Shown: piece by piece, positions 50,868 to 62,771 of the stretch
Position numbering within the stretch: position 1 is the first letter of the stretch
How the letters are laid out: each line of letters starts with the position of its first letter
From: Marsupella aquatica
Lineage: Eukaryota > Plantae > Marchantiophyta
Length of the DNA stretch: 64,000 nucleotides
Assembly (NCBI GenBank): GCA_973895155.1
Contig: OZ316898.1
Coordinates: 8,419,079-8,483,078, forward strand
Reading direction: 5' to 3'
Program-made: the position numbers and the translations under genes
Notes under the pieces: model-generated
Database searches by the model: none
The model's input: the letters and a program-made list of their open reading frames with translations, nothing else
What the model was told of the DNA's origin: nothing

Positions 50868-51320
50868 TTAATTAATTTAAGGATGAAACATGGAGGTAGC
50901 TCAGGGTGGGTGGGGGTGGGGGTCACTTCCACCCATTAAATGTTCACATCATGTGCAAATGATCGAAGTAAGGGGCCTTTTATTCATTACCCTAACCCAA
51001 AACCCTAAACCCTAAGACTTGCGCGCACGTACATATATGCATGCATGCATATGTGGAAGGTTAATTAATTTAAGGATGAAGTATGGAGGTAGCTCAGGGT
51101 GGGTGGGGGTGCGGGTCACTTCCACAAATTAAATGTTCACATCATGTGCAAATGATCGAAGTAAGGGGCCTTTTATTCATTACCCTAACCCTAAACCCTA
51201 AACCCTAAGACTTGCGCACGTACATATATGCATGCATGCATATGTGGAAGGTTAATTAATTTAAGGATGAAGTATGGAGGTAGCTCAGGGTTTAGGGTTA
51301 GGGTAATGAATTAACCCTAA
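50868..51320. repeat. ~192-bp tandem repeat (2.3 copies) with G-tracts and CCCTAAA telomere-like motifs
   Basis: TTAATTAATTTAAGGATGAA at 50868, 51061 and 51252. Contains GGGTGGGTGGGGGTGGGGG and AACCCTAAACCCTAA; an inverted GGGTTTAGGGTTAGGGTAATGAA follows at ~51288. Confidence 0.9.
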
Positions 51321-53183
51321 AGTATGGGGCGTTTCAGTCATTATTAATTTGTAAGGAAGTGCTTAGAAGTAGGGATGAAGTAAGGGGGTAACAATTCAAA
51401 AAGTCACACTTTTCATCACACAATTCATTGGTTGCCACATGTCAATAAATGATTGGTGGGTTTTGTGACCTTCCTATTCCTTTTTGACAGAGTGATTAAA
51501 TCAAACATGCATGTTCGCAGATGCATGTATAACAAGTTCCGTGATCCTAAGGTGAACTTGGGAGGTAGCTAGGTAGGTACCAATTGTCTCAGTCCCTTAA
51601 CAATAGAACTTATAAAGCGCCAACTACAAGGTAGATCGAGTGAAACCTCTTAATTAAACTGGAACTCCATGGCTCATCATGTGGATGAGAAAACTCATGA
51701 CCAGTATGTCAAATAATAAGCATGTATGCCATTTGTCATGATTTATACGTACTATCCTCTATTCATGTTTGTGCAAAGAACAGGTAATGAAGGCTAGCTA
51801 GTATGATATGTCAATGGAAGGGTAATTTAAGGATTAATAATCCGTAATCTAATTAAGGATTTTGAAGGTTGACCATCATTAACAAGTGTGACACTATATA
51901 AGAAGTGATCGAGAGTAAATACATGCCATTCTATATTCAAGTAAGTTAGATTACTTTTGGTGACAAGCAAATAGACTTTGAATTGATGTGTGTAACTTAA
52001 CATTTTACAAATGAAGCTCAATTACATTTCAAACTTTATTAAAGTTTGACGAATTGAAAAGCGGATTATGTATGTATTTATAAAATCAAAATCAAAGTAG
52101 AATCCCTCGGCCCTCCCTCTTTTGCTACATTAAGTGAACCCCCCTGAGAACAAACCCCCCCCCCCCCCCCATGTATATCGTTTGATGCATTAAAAATGCC
52201 TTGTTATGCATGTAAAAACATTACTTATCCTATCACATTAGATCCTTTTGTAAATTAGTACTAGAAAATTACTGTTCTTCCTATGTTAATTTGTCTAAAA
52301 CTCTGGTAGCTTATAGACTTCATGAAGGTAAACAAACTAGTACTAAAATGAATTAACAAAGGGAATATTAGGCTACACTATATCCCTAGAGGAATATTCC
52401 ATAGTCTACATTACTTATTTAAACTTCAATATATTGCGCCATTACTCTATCTTCATTTAAGAAGGGGGTATCAACCAATGACCTATTTTCAAATGGTACA
52501 TTGGGGGTCCTTAACCCCAAAACAAATTGACATGAGCACGTAAGATTGAGGCAGCAGGGTATTTCAGGGTCACACAATAATTAGTATGTGTGACACTAAT
52601 CTTGTGACATTTGAGATGGCTGATGTCGTGGCCAGCCCCTATAACCAGCTGGTATGCATTTGGTGAACTGGAATGCCATTAAAAAGCTTGGATGACAATT
52701 CTATTTACATAGACCATATTGTAAGAAAGGATGGGTCGGATACAAAATAAATAAAGACCTAGACAGGGCCCAACAACAATTTCAATGTCCCAACAATAAT
52801 AAAAAACATGCACTTTGAACCAAAAATGTCAATAAACTCCTGGAGTAAGTTGCCCAAGAAAGAAAACCATACACATGAACTTCAAATTTGAATAGCATAA
52901 GCATGAATTCAACATGGTGAGTGACTGCCTTAGAGGGATTAGAGGCAGTGGCCCCGGGCTTGCAGGGTCAACGATAAGGTTTCCCACTAGCACATTCGCT
53001 CACATGCAACAAGGACATTTGAATGCTTTCCCGGAGTCATGAATGCCGTGGGCCCCACCTAATTATGCACAGTATTCAACATAATAATGAACTTCTCCAA
53101 TCGTCCTTCCGACAATCCCACCGCGCACATCCACCTCCTGAGGAATTCTGAATCGACTTCGTTGCAATATTTTGTACACAGGA

Positions 53184-56100
53184 ATGGCAGTGTGCACCAT
53201 GACGCCAAAAACGAAGGAACGATGCACCTGTCAGTACAAATGTTCGCGCTTACGGGATGGGTATGATTTTGTGAGCCCAAGGAATCGAAGACGACATGCA
53301 AACTATGACAAGACAGGCAGGGTCATTCCTGCAAAGTTTTTAGTGGACCGTGGGCATCCGGATGGCCATGGCCTATCGCATCAAGATGGTCATTCTGCCA
53401 GCTTCTTAGATGTTCAAATATCCCGACAAGAACACAGATATACGGCCCCAACTTTGTTGTACAGGGCACTTACAGGAGGAGACGGGAATGATGACGTTGG
53501 AAGAAACGATTTGTAGGACCTGGATGTTGATGGGATTGGTCAGACGCTTCCCATGCAGTATGGTATCCACATAATGCCTCGAAGAATACTGACCGTGGAC
53601 GAAGCAATTTATCGACAGACTTGGAGATTACAATCAATGCTTGACGAGGCTAAAATGCCTCAGGCATTGCAGGATAGCATTTTGAAAATGCTATTCGGGA
53701 AGATTCAGATTCCCCCATCTACAAATTTGACACCTTCACCCGACCCTCCATCCGACATGGCAAATGTAGGACTGGACGCACTCCTGAGGCACGCTGGTGT
53801 GACGTGGGACGGAGGACACCATGGAATTGATGCATTGTCATCATTCAAGGGTTTGTGTGGCACGTTTGAGGCATATGGTATGCCAAAAACGCAGCGGTGG
53901 AGAATGTGTATTGGACAGAAGCCACACTGGCATGCTCCTGTAGTCCTACCGCCGTCGCACCAAGATGACTACGATGTCCGAACTGGATTGAAGTGCAATT
54001 GTTCAATCGTAGGGACGAAGTGGCATCTAGCCAGGGATTGTTTGCGTTGTTCGGAACGTTGCCCATTGGATGGTTGCGGCACGGCTCGCAAGGAGATGCT
54101 CCGGTTTGAATATTTCCCCATTGGTCCCATGTTGCGGAAGTTATGTAGCAGTCGATCTGTTTGTCATGAGTTCCAGGCAATGTGGAGGGACAAAGATAAG
54201 TGGTTTAAGACGGATTCCATGCCCAGACCTGTGTACAAGGAATGGTGGGACGGCTATCGTGCTTTCGAGCTATCCTACTTTTGGGACACTGGCACATAGT
54301 TTGAGATTCCCGTGTTATGCCAAAACTGTTATGCTTGCTATTCAACAACACCAAATAAATGTCCTGAGTTGTTGGATACTGCCAACTGGGATAATGTCAG
54401 CAAACAATACGACTTCCAATGCTCAGATTGCGGATCTCGAGTCACAGCCCCGAAACAATTTGCAAAGGTTAGTGATTTCTTCTTGCGTTACTGTTGTTGC
54501 GCACTTTTGTATGACCAGGGTATGGTATGGGTATTTTTAGGGTATTTATGGGTTATGATAGAGTAACTTTTGTCTAACTAGTGTGACCCACCACATGCAG
54601 GGTGATCCCCAAAATATTGCACTCATGGCACACTGGGATGGATTTCAGTCTGCCAAGACTGCCCACAAAAGCACCTGGACTGTAGAGGTCCAAGTTTTAA
54701 GCGCCGGGTCTCAAACCAAAATTCCACCTATCCCTGTTCTTTTTATCCCGCCATGTGATGACGACGACGTAGGAAAAAAAAGCTGAAATGCTTGGATGCT
54801 TTCTTAGAACCATTCATAAGAGAACTGGAGGAGTTGTTAGTGGATGGGATAGAGGTGGATTACAATTACCCTATGGAATTATTGGCTGAAGAGGATAATG
54901 TACCGAATGACTCCAGGTGTGTGCTACGAGCATTGTTAGCAGTTTTCACTGGAGATCATCCCGCACAATGTAAATTTGGGGGCTGGAATGTTACAGGTTA
55001 TTTCGCTTGTAGGAATTGTTAAATGAGCACTCGATGGATGAAGTGCAAGTTTGATCATCCTTGAAAGGAGACTGACCAATCACAACCCCGAGGTTTTCTG
55101 GGAAGGGCTGTGTATGACAACAATAGGATGCAGATGAGATATCCACCACCTACACGGAAAATTGAAGCGGTGAGGGAAGCGGCCAGGAACATGACCAGGG
55201 CAGGAACAACTGCAGAGAGGATGAAGATAAGCAGGGAGTGCGGGATTTCAAACATGACCAGGGCTTGGCGACTACATGAGCTTACTGGATTTTGTTTGAG
55301 CAAGGATCTGGTGTATGATACAATGCATATCCTTGCCTTGTGCCTTTTCAAGAAATACTGCGAGCTTCTAGTTTTGAGTGTTCCCTGTCAACATCAAAAA
55401 CAATTTGAAGATGCTCTGGAGGAGGTTACTGCTAGGAAACCGAGAGGTTTTGATGGAAGGTGGCCTAAACAACCTTTTGAAATATTGGGATACTTCAAGG
55501 CTGAAGAGTTCACGCGATTCATATTGTATTGTCTGCCTCATATCCTCCAACAGATGGACATTAGTGTCCACTCTGACCTTGGGACGCTTGGGATTCTTTT
55601 GGTAGAGAATGCACGCCTCTTTTATATCAGAAGTAGACAAGAGGGTTGGACTACAGCCACATTGAAAAAAGGCAGGTCTCTACTGGCTTCTTGGAGAGTT
55701 CTCTTAGAAGAGGCTTGGAGCCCAAATGGAGCAATTCTAGAGCATGTTGCTGGTGAGTCATTTTGTTTACACTTGCTACATGACCATGATGACAGTGGGT
55801 ATTCATTGTTGGTCGATCCATCATTGCACTGAGGTGATGTTCTAATCCCAATGTGTTTTGATCCCAATTTTTAGGGAGCGGAGAGATATTTGATGGGATA
55901 GAACGACATGGCCCACACTATGTTTATTGGTGCTACCGCTTCGAGAGGATGGTATCAGACTATGGACGCACCAGAACAAATCAGAAGGACCAGGAAGTCA
56001 CTTATTCTCTTCATTTTGCACGACGCTTTTTCACAAAAATATCGTCGTACATTTGGGAAGATGATGATGGACTTTTCCCTCATCAGAGGGCTTTGGAGAA

Positions 56101-57247
56101 AGTTCATGCATCCCTGCGTGTCCCTGCGGAGCATCGTAAGGAGCATAGGTGCAGAGTCACTGTACCACCATTTGAATGCCCACACTGGCACGGGAATTTG
56201 GTGCCAATAGTTTCAAGTCAAATTCTAGTGATGGAATTGTGGGATAGTATGATATCCTCTGTGGAGTCATATGGTTGCAAGCACATGTTGTTGAGCAAAG
56301 GGGTTGGCATAGGCTCAAACAAGAAGCTGACAAAGAAACTGGGGCTGTCTGCCAGGATGTCATTGAAGCAGCATTGGACAGATGTTGGAGTATTCAACAT
56401 CAATGAGGACCACGAAATTAGTGAATCCTGCACTCCATTGCGATCAGCTATGTGGAGAGCTGAAGTGTACAGGCCTGGCGATCACATTGTTGTACTGGTA
56501 GATGGGAGTACAGATGCTTCACATCCTCAAAACTGGAAAGCAGTACTCCAAAAGATTTTCATGCACGAATTCGATGGCCACATGGACATATTCTTTGAGG
56601 CGGATTGGTATAAACAACAGTATCCACAGGATCCTCGGCAAAATTTACTGTCTTGGGAACGAGATGAGTATTCCCTATTTACTCTTTTGGAACCAAAAGT
56701 ATATCACGCACATGGCAACAACTGTAGGCCTATGTCAAGAATTCTACACAAGTTCTTCCCAATTCGAAGAGGCGGGAGGGAGGTTGTAGCCTTGGAGATT
56801 GGAGATACTTTAGTACGGGAACTCCCTACCATAATTGCAAACTGCCCTCCTTTCCCAGAGGTAGGGGACATAATGATTGCAATAGCGGACTCACTTTCCG
56901 TCCCTGACCTGTGTGTTGTAAGGGAAGTCCTCCTTCCCAGGCGCGATGCGGCAACGGAAATGCAAGCGGGGTATGTAGGAGTGGACGGTGCTTTTGACGG
57001 GGAGGAGGAGGAGGAGGGAGGGGATGACATGGCAGAATCGCACAATGCAAATGATACTGAGAAGGACCTCGGGAAGGTTGGTGTGAGCTGGTTGTCTGTA
57101 CAGGGTTCTCGATCAAGTTGCCCAATCTACAAGGCAGCGTCACAAATTGATGAACACATCACCTTTCAAAGATTAGTTGCGTTGAGGCTTGATTTTCGTG
57201 CAATTGGACTTCACCATGGTATCCCTGTACGGTGGAATACCGTATAG
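53184..57247 (+). pseudogene. CACTA/EnSpm Tnp2-type transposase with C-terminal BAH-like domain; 3 exons, several nonsense codons
   Basis: Motifs YFPIGPML, WWDG, DPQNIALMAHWDGFQ, STW, DAFLEPFIRELEEL, GDHPA, ACRNC, DTMH, FKAEEF, HGP..VYWCYRFER. Introns 54468-54600 and 55753-55874 restore the frame. Stops at ~53514, 54297, 54784 and 55020. Confidence 0.88.
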
Positions 57248-57674
57248 TAATACCATGGAAAGTCCCAAGTACGACAAAAAGAAAGATACTATGGGATATG
57301 ACAACACTTGAGAGGCGCCGTTTTGTCAATAACTGAATACTGACCAGGATGCAGACCGTAGGATGTGTGAGATGCAGGTCAGACGTGAGCCTGTGATGGT
57401 GACGCTATGGTGCTTCGCACGGGGTATGATCGGGGACGGCACGGGTCACGAATATCATTGGATTCTGGGTTGGACGTGACATAATGGATGGGTATTACCA
57501 GGTTATTTGGGAACGTGATAAAATGTACGTTGGGGTAGTGAAAGGGCAGATCGGAGACAGAATCTCACAACAAAGATTCTGTCTCCGATCTACTACTGAA
57601 ACTGCAGTGACTAAATGATGCATGCCACTGCGCACATGAACGCCCTATGAGGAATTCCTTATAAGCTTTGGGCA

Positions 57675-60600
57675 ATGGTGCGAGCTCCTGAGCTCCAGTC
57701 TTTGATTGTGTAGGTTTCATAAATCTTTGTGGCTGACAAGTCTGCCATTGGATAACACTTGGGGTGTTAGCGACGGAAGCAAGTATCGACGAGCGCGGGG
57801 TGACGTTGGAGGATTGGTGAAAGTATGGTTTGTCGACATGATTGTCCAGCGCCGGTCGCATTGTTGATGCAGAGCGACGAGGATATCACAGATCGTATGT
57901 ACCCCTCTTTCACTCAACTCCTTTGGTTCTTAATTCCGCATGAAGTATATTGATCAATTGTTAGAATGGCGCAACTAAGGCCTACTTTGTTTGTACAGTC
58001 GTGACAGAGACGATTTGGAAGTCATGCTTGGGGAGGGTAATACGGCATTATCTAGGGATGGCCCCTGCAGACCATAATTTAGCTAGAAAAGCTGGTTTTG
58101 GTTCCATGTTTTGAACTCGACTGGCCCAGAGTTGCAATTCCTGCTGTAAAGGAGTTCGCAGTAGGGTATGATCAAGGTCAAAATTGTGTGTCATTCCGGG
58201 GTGCAACTAACACATTCAACAGAGAGGTATTGCGAGCTGCATTTGCTTTTCCGTCTGGAGAATGGGCCCGATTTAAACCTGGGTTGGTCCAAGGTCAACT
58301 AAATTCCATGTTTTCTGCCAAGACGAAAGGCAACCCATACAGTCTAGACAAAATCACTGTGCCATATATGCAATGGTGTGGGATAATCAGGGCAATTTCT
58401 GAATTGCTCTCAGGCAAGAGCAAACCCACTCAAGTCACCTCAAAAGACATGTGGGTATACTGGGCATATTGGTGGGATACGATTAGGGTACGTGATCATT
58501 TTAGAGGAGCTGAAACTCCCGTGGTGAAGCCCGATTGGGCACATTTGGTGTACGATAATCTGACGAGTGAGATCCTCAGGTTAAAGTCACACCTATCGAA
58601 GAATGGTGTCGTAGACAAACGACTTCCTTGCTACTGTGGCACTACTATAATGCAAATTCTTGTACACTATGGGTATTCGCTGGAGGAGCTTATGGTCGAA
58701 CAACACGAAGATGATCATGAGGAGGACGACAAGGAGGAAGGGGACAATGGCTCATAAGAGGACAAGGAAGGGGAGGCTGGCTCAGAAGAGGACAAGGACG
58801 GGGACAATGGCTCACAGGAGGACGAGGAAGGGGATGACGGATCATGAGAGGACGAGGAAGGAGAAGATGGCTCACGAGAGGACGAGGAAGGGGATGGTGT
58901 GTCTGACGGTGAGGGGCAGCCATCGGAGGTTGCGCCCCAATTCTCCAGGGATGAACAGAAATGTCCTCAAGGTGAGCACAAATCGCCACCCTCTGTGCCA
59001 GAGTGCATGCGTGTTCTATCACAGTACATACGTGCGCTAGAGGTTGATCTTGCAGAAAAATCGGACATGCTACGAGAAGCAGTGGAGAATCATTAAAAAA
59101 TGGTCCTCGATTTGATGAAAGAAAACGACAGACAGAGAGTCCGCATATTAGAATTGGAAAGGCAGGTTGGGTTGCATTCAGAACAAGTTGGCAGTGAGAC
59201 ATCGAGTGGAGAAGGTGAGAGCGGAGGTGACGAAAGATGTTGTGAGGTTCTGGTAGGTCTTGGTGCCAGGGTACATGCAGGTTATGATGCAGAGGCATCA
59301 CAGCGTAGCCCAATTTTAGAGTTACCGCCAGTTTCTGGTGTTCCAGCTATAGTAGAGGTACCAACAGCAGCACCAGCAAAAGCAGGTACTTTCCCAATTT
59401 ATTATCCTGGTGTTCCAGCTATAGTAGAGGTACCAGTAGCAGCACCAGCAGAAGCAGGTACTTTCCCAATTCATTATCCTACTTCAAAGATACAGCGAGA
59501 GGAGTCTATGTCGAGTGGAGGTGACTCACCAGTTTTGGTAGAGTTACAGGTAGCCGCACCACCAGTACTGGCAGAGGTACCGGCATCAGAAGAAGAGATG
59601 TCACTTTTAGAAGGAGAGGCACCAAATGCTGCACCAACATCAAAAGTAGAGGTCTCAGCTATAGAGGAGGAAAAATTGTCGGGTGCAATTGCATTAGAAG
59701 TACCAGGGTCACCTCCGATTTCTGTTCTATTTCATGTTCCAACTAAGAGTCCGGGATGGGAGGCTAGGACGAGTCACATTTCACGACAACCAAATTTGCC
59801 TCGTGCTTCAAAGAGAGGGCGAGAGGACTCTATTCCGAGTGGCAGTCACTCACCAGCGAAGAGGAGGGCTATCGAAGTGGAGGAAGAGGAGGAGGTAGAG
59901 GAAGAAGAAGAAGAAGATGAAGTGGAGGATGACGAGCATTCAAAACAAGACATTCACTGGGAAGAGTGTGCCACAGAGAGTGGAAAGGTTAGCGATTTTT
60001 TTTCCTTTGTTGTGTGATTACTGTTTTTTCAGAAACAATGTTCAAGCATATCTAACTTGGCTGTGAGCGAGATCCGCAGATTGATATCCAAGGGTCTCAC
60101 TTGACAGAGGAGGCATGCCCTCCACCTGGTACAATGACTACAGCTCTATATCCACACCAACGGATTGGTCTTGCATGGATGTTGGAACGCGAATCCGGAA
60201 AAAGCTCTCCAATTGGTGGGATGTTGGCGGATGACCAAGTACAAAAGCCCCCAAATTAAGCCAAAGTCGCACTCATTATTTTCATTCAGCGGGATACTTT
60301 GGGGGTATTTTTGGAGTATGTTAGGGGTACGCGCGCACCTTGTCTGCAAGTGAGTGGGTCCCTGACCGTTTTCTTGGCTTGGATTTTTTTAGGGAATGGG
60401 GAAAACCATGCATGTCATAGCACTATTTCTTGCGAATCGCCCTCATAAGTGTGGGCCAACTCTAGTTGTTTGTCCAGCCAGCGTGGTGATTCAATGGGGC
60501 CAAGAAATAGCTGCAAGGACCTCCAAGATAGCAAAAGTGAAGGTCCTCCTCTACCACAACAAGAGGAATAAAGACATCAACTTTATTTCAAGCCATGACG

Positions 60601-62771
60601 TGGTTGTCACTACGTACTCAATCATGACAGGGGAGTCTTCCATTGCTCCAAAGACGTCCAACGTGCCAAAAGGGAGTATGAAGAGACCTGTAAAAAAACC
60701 TAGACTTGCAGGTCCACTGTTTAAGATTAGTTGGCTTAGAGTAGTCCTGGATGAGTGTCATGTCATGAAAAATAAAACTAGTCAAAATTTCAAGGCCTCG
60801 CGTTGTCTCAAGGCAAAGAGGAGGTGGTCCCTAAGCGGTACACCCATACAAAACGAGGCTTCTGATCTGTTTCCTTACTTCAGTTTTCTGAGGTATTATC
60901 CTCTAGGAGAGTGGAAGGAATTCTCGTAGTTAAAGAAGCTGCTGAAGACAAGGCCAAAGATAGCGAATGGCATCCTCTCGAAACACTTGGTTGCGATTGC
61001 GCTCAGGAGAGACAAAAGTAAGCGTGCATGCATATATCATGGTAGAGTTCACTTTGTTTAATCCCAAGCTTGATTTCTTTATCAATTGTGCATTTACCCT
61101 GCCACTGTGCTTACATGCAGGCATACTCCCACTGCCCCCTAAGACGATCGAGGTGCAAATTGTTGAATGGAGAACACAGCAAGAACGAAACGCTTATTTT
61201 GATCAGGAGGAAAAGAGTAAGGAGTTATACAAGGTACGTAAGGCTCTTAATAATCCCCAATGTTGAAGACGTATGAGAGTTCAATTTGATCCCTTGAAGG
61301 TGTCTGTTCGGTGGCAATTAATGTGCCTGTAATGTTGTAGGAATTCCGTGACGCCAAAAGAGGTGCCTTATCGAATGTGTTGAGCGTTCTGCTCTGGTTG
61401 CGACAATTTGCAGTGCACCCGAAACTTCCTTCCTTATGTAAAATTTGCGAAGAGGAGATCGGGAACAAAGTGCAAAGAACGCCCCTTAGTGAGCCTCAAC
61501 GAGCCTGACTCGTGTCAGAGTTTCAGTAATTGAAGATTGGAAGTGCTTGCGTGGACTGCAAGGTGAGTACAGTCACTCTGTGTATGGGGTATGATTGGGG
61601 TATTATTGGGGTATGATTGAGGTATTTCAGTTAACGTGCTTTGCCTAACAATTTCTGCACGCACTCACTTTAACGGTTGGATTGTGCAGGGGGCTTGATT
61701 GGAAGTCCATTTCAGATTTCTGGCTGTGGCCATGTATACTGTGGCATTTGTGCAATAGACCGGGAAGCTGGAACCTGCAAATCGGCAAAATGTTCAAAAT
61801 ACGTGACAGCCCAGGTCCTATACAGGCCAGCTGATTTGAGGCTAGTGAATGGTGGTGCGGAGTCAAAAGGGAAGGCGCAAAGAGAATATGATGTCCGACA
61901 CCCACCTTCTCCAAAATTTGATGCAGTCTTGGAATACCTCAAGTCGATTCCGCTGGACACTACAGGACAGGGCAACAGCGAAAGCTTTGTGCCCAGGCAG
62001 AAGGCTCTTGTTTTCTCACAATGGACTTCGTGTCTCGACATGCTTGAGCCACACATTCTGAAGGCTGGTCTAAAGTTCACAAGGATTGATGGAGGAATGA
62101 ATTCCAATGTCAGAGAACAAGCCTTGAATGATTTCAAGATGACCCCAGAGGTACAACCGTCATTAGCCGTGCAGATCGGTGTCTGTATTTGTTCAAAGGG
62201 TAAACTCTTTATATTCTAATTAAACTGTTTCTACTCATTTCATGCAGATCAGCATTATCCTCTTGTCCTTGATGGCAACGAACACAGGACTCAACATCAC
62301 TGAGGCTACACATGTTCTTATGGTAGACGGGTGGTGGAATCCCACGGTAGAGGACCGGGCCGTCGATCGGTCACATCGTATAGGGCAACCAAGGCCGGTG
62401 AAAGTCGTCAGGTTTATCGCCGAAGATTCGATTGAGTTGAAGATTTTGGAGCTGCAGGTAAGATTAGAAGTGCTTGCGTGGACTGCAAGGTGAATAAAGT
62501 CACTCTGTGTATGGGGTATTATTGGGGTATTTCAGTTCGCGTGCTTTGCCTATCAATTCCTGCACGCACTCACTAGTAATGATGAATTACGAATTCCATA
62601 TATGTGGTCTCTAATTGTATGCATGTTGTATGTTTTGTGCAGAACAAAAAATGAGTGATGATCAGGGACATCATGTATGGCTGTGCAACCGGGAAAAAAG
62701 ATAACATGGAACAAAATCTGGAGTTCATACTGGGAGAGAATCGGCAGCAGAGGTTCAATGCATCAGAGTAG
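57675..62771 (+). pseudogene. SNF2-family RAD5/RAD16-type (SNF2-RING-helicase) ATPase with a transposon-type N-terminal extension; multi-exon, disabled
   Basis: GGMLADDQ|GMGKT (split by an intron), TLVVCPASV, DVVVTTYS, WLRVVLDECH, WSLSGTPIQN, LRQFAVHP, RING CVDC..CGHVYCGIC..CKSAKC, KALVFSQWT, RIDG, GLNITEA, WWNP, DRSHRIGQ. 5' start is approximate. Confidence 0.85.

Noticed and set aside
50985-51320. True telomere or interstitial telomere array
   Set aside because: Only 3-4 imperfect CCCTAAA units embedded in a larger repeat.
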